Shown here: positions 16,130 to 20,000 of the stretch, piece by piece
Layout: each line of letters begins with the position of its first letter
How positions within the stretch are numbered: the first letter of the stretch is position 1
From: an uncultured virus (IMG/VR IMGVR_UViG_3300043775_003095)
Taxonomy: Duplodnaviria; Heunggongvirae; Uroviricota; Caudoviricetes
Reading direction: 5' to 3' (one strand)
IMG/VR virus record: IMGVR_UViG_3300043775_003095
Location: 52,962-72,961 of that record
DNA: 20,000 bases
Notes under the pieces: model-generated
The model's input: the letters and a program-made list of their open reading frames with translations, nothing else
What the model was told of the DNA's origin: nothing
Database searches by the model: none
Program-made: the position numbers and the translations under genes

Positions 16130-16774
16130 CTATTTTCCCAATAGACTATCGACCTTTGCTTCCGCAACTGCCAAACGTGCTTCTAGACCATCAAGAACTG
16201 GATCTGCAGGAGCAGCAACTGCAACTGCAAGTTCTTCCTTGACTTCTGGAGCAACTTCGGCACCTGTGGCGGCAGCAACAACTGCAGCAACAGCTTCTGT
16301 TGTGGCAGCAACTGCTTCAGCAGATGGAACTGGTGCTTCGGCAACTGCTTCCTTGATGAGCACAGCAACTGCTTCTGGATCCTTCACAACTTCTGGATCA
16401 GCAGCAACAACTGCAGCAACGGCAGCAGCAACAACAACTGCAACTTCTGGATTCTCAATTGCAGCAGCTTCATGTTGAGCATGAAGAACATCTTCAACAA
16501 CAAGAACTGCATCTGAATCTTCAGCACTTGGTGAGAGAAGAACAACTTCTTCAACAGCGATAGTTGCAGCAGCTGCTGGAGCAGCAACGAGTGCAGCAAC
16601 TTGTTCTTGTGTCTTAAGAGCAATCAATTGATCAACTTGAACTTCAACTACTGAGAGTCTTTGATCGAATTCAGCAACATCATCGATAATATCTGTATTT
16701 GCAACTGTGCCAGTTAGTGTTGCTAACTTGGATTCAACAGCAGCGAGTCTTACGGCAAGATCGTGTAGTCTCAT
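16130..16774 (-). CDS. Ala/Val/Glu-rich acidic low-complexity protein with terminal coiled-coil segments
   Basis: 214 aa ORF, AGGAG RBS, GCA/GCT/GTT/GAA codon bias, tandem TAG TAA stops. Confidence 0.85.
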   Translation of the reverse strand: MRLHDLAVRLAAVESKLATLTGTVANTDIIDDVAEFDQRLSVVEVQVDQLIALKTQEQVAALVAAPAAAATIAVEEVVLLSPSAEDSDAVLVVEDVLHAQHEAAAIENPEVAVVVAAAVAAVVAADPEVVKDPEAVAVLIKEAVAEAPVPSAEAVAATTEAVAAVVAAATGAEVAPEVKEELAVAVAAPADPVLDGLEARLAVAEAKVDSLLGK

Positions 16775-16813
16775 TTGTCGGTCTCCTGGAGGGTGTTAGT
16801 TCGAATACAAACC

Positions 16814-16821
16814 TATTTATC
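16814..16821 (-). promoter_or_regulatory. Possible T4-like late promoter variant (GATAAATA)
   Basis: Intergenic, about 40 bp upstream of the ATG at 16774. Confidence 0.45.
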
Positions 16822-16861
16822 CTGAAGATTTAAGAATTACCGTTAAGATTATATTAAATGT

Positions 16862-16948
16862 TGGTGGAAGGCAGTGTATTCGAAACACATTCCCAAAGGG
16901 AACCATCTGTTTAGCAAACAGCGACAGATCCTCTCTGCTTTACCTTCC
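16862..16948 (-). tRNA. tRNA-Ser(GCT) with non-canonical 8/4 acceptor/T-stem fold
   Basis: GGAAGGTA/TGCCTTCC 8-bp acceptor, GTGT/ACAC 4-bp T-stem, loop TTGCTAA, long variable arm, CCA. Confidence 0.85.
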
Positions 16949-16952
16949 AAAA

Positions 16953-17029
16953 TGGCGACTCGGATGGGGCTCGAACCCACGACCTCATGCGTGACAGGCA
17001 TGTGAACTAACCAACTGTTCTACCGAGCC
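16953..17029 (-). tRNA. tRNA-Asp(GTC)
   Basis: CATGC-CTGTCAC-GCATG; G73; CCA. Confidence 0.95.
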
Positions 17030-17034
17030 AAAAC

Positions 17035-17109
17035 TGGTGCGCGATGAGAGGGTCGAACTCCCGACATTTGCCGTGTAAAGGCACTACTCTACCACTGAGT
17101 TAATCGCGC
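17035..17109 (-). tRNA. tRNA-Val(TAC)
   Basis: Loop TTTACAC; CCA. Confidence 0.93.
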
Positions 17110-17115
17110 ATAAAC

Positions 17116-17190
17116 TGGAGTTGCGGACTGGACTCGCACCAGCATAAAAGAGTTTTGCAGACTCTTGCATAACTTTTCTGCCACCGCAAC
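17116..17190 (-). tRNA. tRNA-Cys(GCA)
   Basis: AGAGT-CTGCAAA-ACTCT; U73; CCA; T-loop TGCGAGT. Confidence 0.9.
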
Positions 17191-17194
17191 AAAA

Positions 17195-17280
17195 TGGTGG
17201 GTGAAGTAGGATTCGAACCTACTCAGCCAATGGCAGCGGATTTACAGTCCGACGCGACTCTCCAACTTCGCCGTTCACCC
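17195..17280 (-). tRNA. tRNA-Tyr(GTA)
   Basis: Loop CTGTAAA, variable arm, CCA. Confidence 0.93.
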
Positions 17281-17284
17281 AATA

Positions 17285-17358
17285 TGGCTGAGGAGCATGG
17301 ATTCGAACCACGATAAGCAGGATCAAAACCTGCTGTCCTGCCGTTAGACGACTCCTCA
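17285..17358 (-). tRNA. tRNA-Gln(TTG)
   Basis: GCAGG-TTTTGAT-CCTGC; U1:A72; CCA. Confidence 0.93.
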
Positions 17359-17366
17359 AAATAAGT

Positions 17367-17441
17367 GCTGGATGAGACAACTGGGTTTGCTCGTTCTGGG
17401 CATCCGATGAAGGCGACACATTACTGCTCGCCACATCCAGC
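17367..17441 (-). ncRNA. Unassigned tRNA-sized structured RNA
   Basis: 8-bp closing stem GCTGGATG/CATCCAGC; internal GGCGA/TCGCC hairpin capped by a GUAA (GNRA) loop. Confidence 0.5.
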
Positions 17442-17459
17442 GATCCTAAATTAGTTGCT

Positions 17460-17629
17460 TCCTCTTTGCGGCGGTTTTTGTCATCCCACCACAAACACTT
17501 ATGTGGTATCCGCATCCCGACCAAAGAGGATTCTCGCATTGCCAGCGCCAGTTCGGTTAGACTGGAACCACCCTGTGGCGATCAAGCCACTTCTCATCGT
17601 CTGGGTAGACTAGCCATTGATTAGATGGC
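17460..17629 (-). ncRNA. Unassigned multi-hairpin, potentially pseudoknotted RNA (~170 nt)
   Basis: Five short hairpins plus a domain closed by TCCTCTTTG/CAAAGAGGA; lies between tRNA-Ala and tRNA-Gln. Confidence 0.6.
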
Positions 17630-17635
17630 ACGTTT

Positions 17636-17709
17636 TGGTGGACCGTCGGAGAATCAAACTCCGATCTTCGCCGTGCAAGGGCGACGTAATCTCATTATAC
17701 CAACAGCCC
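17636..17709 (-). tRNA. tRNA-Ala(TGC)
   Basis: TCGCC-CTTGCAC-GGCGA; G3:U70; CCA; atypical D- and T-loops. Confidence 0.9.
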
Positions 17710-17714
17710 AAAAA

Positions 17715-17882
17715 TGGCGTGGGCTATCGTTCGCGAATTCTCACGCTACTAGATTATTCTTATCTATGCCCCCACGCAACATAGAATGCATTCCGTTCAA
17801 TCTCATATATCGTTGGTGCTATTCAAACGGAAAAGTCTTTGCACCGACGGATGACTTACAGTGAATTCCCTGCAAGCACCAA
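17715..17882 (-). ncRNA. Unassigned structured RNA(s): two junction modules (17813-17882 and 17715-17777)
   Basis: Closing stems TTGGTGCT/AGCACCAA and GCGTGGG/CCCACGC, each enclosing two hairpins. Confidence 0.5.
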
Positions 17883-17884
17883 GA

Positions 17885-17959
17885 TGGCTGGCGAGGATGG
17901 GATCGAACCATCGACAGGCTGATTAACAGTCAGCTGATCTACCTCTGATCTACTCGCCA
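17885..17959 (-). tRNA. tRNA-Asn(GTT)
   Basis: GCTGA-CTGTTAA-TCAGC; G73; CCA. Confidence 0.95.
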
Positions 17960-17974
17960 AAACCTTTTCACAAT

Positions 17975-18048
17975 TGGTAGGACTGGAGGGTAACGCTCCC
18001 TCTTTTACGGATTAAAAGTCCGTTACATCACTTTAATGTTTCAGTCCC
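17975..18048 (-). tRNA. tRNA-Lys(TTT), atypical
   Basis: ACGGA-CTTTTAA-TCCGT; all stems pair; T-loop AGCGTTA, A8; CCA. Confidence 0.82.
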
Positions 18049-18070
18049 AAAAAAATTCATAACAAAAATA

Positions 18071-18146
18071 TGGCGTTCCCAAGGGGACTCGAACCCCTGT
18101 TACCAGCGTGAAAGGCTAGTGTCCTAACCGACTAGACGATGGGAAC
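18071..18146 (-). tRNA. tRNA-Glu(TTC)
   Basis: CTAGC-CTTTCAC-GCTGG; CCA. Confidence 0.95.
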
Positions 18147-18152
18147 AAAATT

Positions 18153-18228
18153 TGGTGCCCACAGAGAGATTTGAACTCCCAACCTGCGGTTTACAAAACC
18201 GCTGCACTGCCAGTTGTGCTATGTGGGC
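18153..18228 (-). tRNA. tRNA-Thr(TGT)
   Basis: GCGGT-TTTGTAA-ACCGC; CCA. Confidence 0.95.
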
Positions 18229-18235
18229 AATAATA

Positions 18236-18270
18236 TTTTTAAACAGCAAGAGCAATCGCGAAGGACGCTC
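18236..18270 (-). promoter_or_regulatory. Leader hairpin followed by boxA-like antitermination sequence
   Basis: GAGCG..TGCTC hairpin, then TGCTGTTTAAAAA (cf. rrn boxA TGCTCTTTAACAA), directly before the first tRNA. Confidence 0.55.
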
Positions 18271-18287
18271 ATCAACCTTATACATAT

Positions 18288-18347
18288 ATTCTACTGTACA
18301 AGGCTGCAAAAGACAACAACTAAAAACTTTTATAAATCAACACCTTA
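18288..18347 (-). promoter_or_regulatory. Sigma70-type promoter of the tRNA operon with upstream IHF consensus box
   Basis: TTGTCT(18316-18311)-17 bp-TAGAAT(18293-18288); AATCAACACCTTA at 18335-18347. Confidence 0.75.
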
Positions 18348-18455
18348 AAAAGTTCGCAGTTTTCGGTGCGGGAGGGGAAATTCATAAGCACCTTGGGACT
18401 CTTGTCCTACCTCAAGAAGATGAGGGCGTCGCGAATCACGCAGGAAATATTTTGT
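18347..18455 (-). ncRNA. Candidate small RNA with four-way junction and C-rich loop
   Basis: Own promoter; closing stem TTCGCG/TGCGAA, three hairpins, 3' U-tract; no credible ORF. Confidence 0.55.
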
Positions 18456-18461
18456 CAGTGT

Positions 18462-18490
18462 AGTATATAGTACAATTCAAAATAAATCAA
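18462..18490 (-). promoter_or_regulatory. Sigma70-type promoter upstream of the candidate sRNA
   Basis: TTGATT(18490-18485)-17 bp-TATACT(18467-18462). Confidence 0.6.
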
Positions 18491-18639
18491 GGATGTTGCC
18501 TATAAAATTTCACCAAATTCCAAACTTGCCAAAGAACCAAGAATGTGCACATCCAACCAATCAATGTTCCACGATTGACAAAGGCAGCAAAACTTGTTCC
18601 AGCAAGAAACACCAGATCAACAATAGGAATGAGCATCAT
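18487..18639 (-). CDS. Small membrane protein, 50 aa, two hydrophobic segments (MMLIPIVDLVFLAGTSFAAFVNRGTLIGWMCTFLVLWQVWNLVKFYRQHP)
   Basis: Translated by hand; ATGA coupling with the upstream ORF. Confidence 0.65.
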   Translation of the reverse strand: MMLIPIVDLVFLAGTSFAAFVNRGTLIGWMCTFLVLWQVWNLVKFYRQHP

Positions 18640-18839
18640 GCGTATTCAGTCACTTTGTCTAGACGCTTCATTGGAAATTGACACTTGCCTTCCTTACGCA
18701 TCTTGCTTTGATATTCTACCGTACAATCGAAACAAATATCAAGCACTTTACTATTCTTGACTGTTTGTAATTCCACTTGATACAACTTCCACTGATACTC
18801 AGTGAAGCATTGCGGTTTACTGATCGAGAGTTTTGCCAT
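18636..18839 (-). CDS. Small Cys-containing hypothetical protein
   Basis: 67 aa; C...CFDC...C, possible metal site. Confidence 0.65.
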   Translation of the reverse strand: MAKLSISKPQCFTEYQWKLYQVELQTVKNSKVLDICFDCTVEYQSKMRKEGKCQFPMKRLDKVTEYA

Positions 18840-19092
18840 GTTGATTCACCAGTTGTTCAAATATTCTAAAAAGTTTGTCAAATCGAATTTCATATAGTTC
18901 TTGCATTCCCATCAATGCATTCGCTATTTGATCTGGACTCATGTCATATTCTAAAACACCTTCAGTCAGATCTTTAAGATCTGATGTAACGTTCCAGCAA
19001 GACATGATCTGCGTTTCCATTTCTAATCGATCAAACTTTATTCGAATTCGACCATTCTCATCTACATATGCTTCTGTCATGTTCTCTCCCAT
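18817..19092 (-). CDS. Hypothetical protein
   Basis: ORF in a tightly packed run; true start may be ATG 19080 (GGAG upstream). Confidence 0.7.
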   Translation of the reverse strand: MGENMTEAYVDENGRIRIKFDRLEMETQIMSCWNVTSDLKDLTEGVLEYDMSPDQIANALMGMQELYEIRFDKLFRIFEQLVNQHGKTLDQ

Positions 19093-19313
19093 ACATGTTC
19101 ACAATCAGGACACTTCCAAGCAACAGTTCGGTCTTGATCGCGATCGTATAGTCCAATTGCGCGACCAAACCTTCCACGTTCACGAGTTGCACCATACATG
19201 TCAGCAATTCTTGTTGCTTCTCGCTCATCTCCAGTTTCCTTGAAGAAGTGTTCCCAAATAGAACCACCATCAAGATCAGCATTGCAGTTTGGACAATGAC
19301 CGTGTTCGCTCAT
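19077..19313 (-). CDS. Small zinc-ribbon-like protein
   Basis: CPNC...CPDC. Confidence 0.75.
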   Translation of the reverse strand: MSEHGHCPNCNADLDGGSIWEHFFKETGDEREATRIADMYGATRERGRFGRAIGLYDRDQDRTVAWKCPDCEHVWERT

Positions 19314-19531
19314 TATTTTACTCCAAAATGAACTTTGATATGTGCTATAGGATCAACACCTACGAGATTGCATTGAGATACAACATCAATACATTCCCGA
19401 ACAATCAACTCGGCAAACTTGTCTGAATAATAGTCAACCCATTTGTTACTGTCTTTTTCAAAATAATCAGTATCCAAATTGGTCGTGATTCCAGCCTGTT
19501 CAGCAAGTTGTTTGATTCGTTCGTTCATCAT
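19313..19531 (-). CDS. Small phage hypothetical protein
   Basis: MNERIKQLAEQAG...KFAELIVRECI; overlapping start/stop coupling. Confidence 0.75.
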   Translation of the reverse strand: MMNERIKQLAEQAGITTNLDTDYFEKDSNKWVDYYSDKFAELIVRECIDVVSQCNLVGVDPIAHIKVHFGVK

Positions 19532-19890
19532 ACCACCCGATAAGTCTGTGCGGTCTCACGAACCCAAAACACAATGTTGTCTGCATCTTCATCCCAATGC
19601 GCATTCGGCGCATGTTCTGCAAGAATCGATTCAGTTGTTTGAAGTCCACCCAAATACGATTCGCCGAAAGAAGCAAGACGTGTTTGGTAGTCGGCTTCCT
19701 CTGCAGCATCCCAACCAAACTCTGCTTCAAATGCATCGCAGTGATCGCAAGAGCCAAATGAACCTTGCACCCAACCACGCTCACCACGATACTCAACAAG
19801 AGCAACCCATGAGCCTTGCCAATCACCAAAGTGTTCAAACGCAATCACGTTTGCGCCAGCAGCCGTCAATGCAGATTGATATGACATCAC
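19528..19890 (-). CDS. Hypothetical protein
   Basis: 120 aa; GDWQG.W, GSFGSCDHCD motif. Confidence 0.75.
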   Translation of the reverse strand: MMSYQSALTAAGANVIAFEHFGDWQGSWVALVEYRGERGWVQGSFGSCDHCDAFEAEFGWDAAEEADYQTRLASFGESYLGGLQTTESILAEHAPNAHWDEDADNIVFWVRETAQTYRVV

Positions 19891-20000
19891 GCAACCTTTT
19901 TCGCCACAGCACCAATATGCTTACAGTCCTTGCGGAACTCAAAGCCAGTACAGGTGCAACTAAACTTACCATTCACACGCTGAACAAGATAGATTTTCTT
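19887..20000 (-). CDS. C-terminal part of a SWIM zinc-finger protein (truncated by the window edge)
   Basis: ...KFSCTCTGFEFRKDCKHIGAV... (CxC-x7-CxH). Confidence 0.75.
   Translation of the reverse strand, partial: KKIYLVQRVNGKFSCTCTGFEFRKDCKHIGAVAKKVA

Noticed and set aside
16200..16460. GCAACT/GCAGCA repeats as a CRISPR or tandem-repeat array
   Set aside because: Codon-level repeats of Ala/Val in a CDS; no constant repeat-spacer period
15744..16478. 244-aa plus-strand Ala/Thr/Ser-rich ORF
   Set aside because: Antisense mirror of the low-complexity 16130..16774 gene; also overlaps tRNA-Pro and another CDS
17360..17884. Hammerhead, HDV-like theta ribozyme, tmRNA or RNase P RNA identity for the inter-tRNA elements
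   Set aside because: Could not find the CUGANGA/GAAA core, the HDV nested pseudoknot directly after a tRNA 3' end, a tag ORF with Ala acceptor, or GAGGAAAGUCC by eye; a covariance search is still needed
14891..18463. ORFs 14891..15088, 17219..17539, 17625..17864, 18124..18309, 18152..18463
   Set aside because: They run through tRNA genes, promoters or structured RNA, with no protein motifs or convincing RBS

Overview
This window looks like part of a large tailed-phage genome, probably a T4-like/aquatic myovirus (inferred from gene style, promoters and gene families; no structural hallmark gene is present). Essentially all real genes are on the minus strand. Right to left (transcription order) it holds: small early-type ORFs; a promoter-driven tRNA array (18 tRNAs in the window, all with encoded CCA) interleaved with several non-tRNA structured elements; and a ~13 kb accessory island. 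The island encodes a radical SAM protein, two SAM methyltransferases, a hotdog thioesterase, seven 2OG-Fe(II)/JmjC-fold proteins, a UDP-glucose-dehydrogenase-like protein, two glycosyltransferases, an HNH nuclease, a glutaredoxin and a split, order-swapped carbamoyltransferase. A GC-richer block of small basic early genes closes the left end. The most notable items are unassigned structured RNAs in and upstream of the tRNA operon, an 8/4-type tRNA-Ser(GCT), atypical fMet-like and Lys tRNAs, an rrn-like hairpin+boxA leader, and IHF-consensus boxes at a fixed 18-bp distance upstream of three sigma70-type promoters. All RNA folds and family calls were made by eye.
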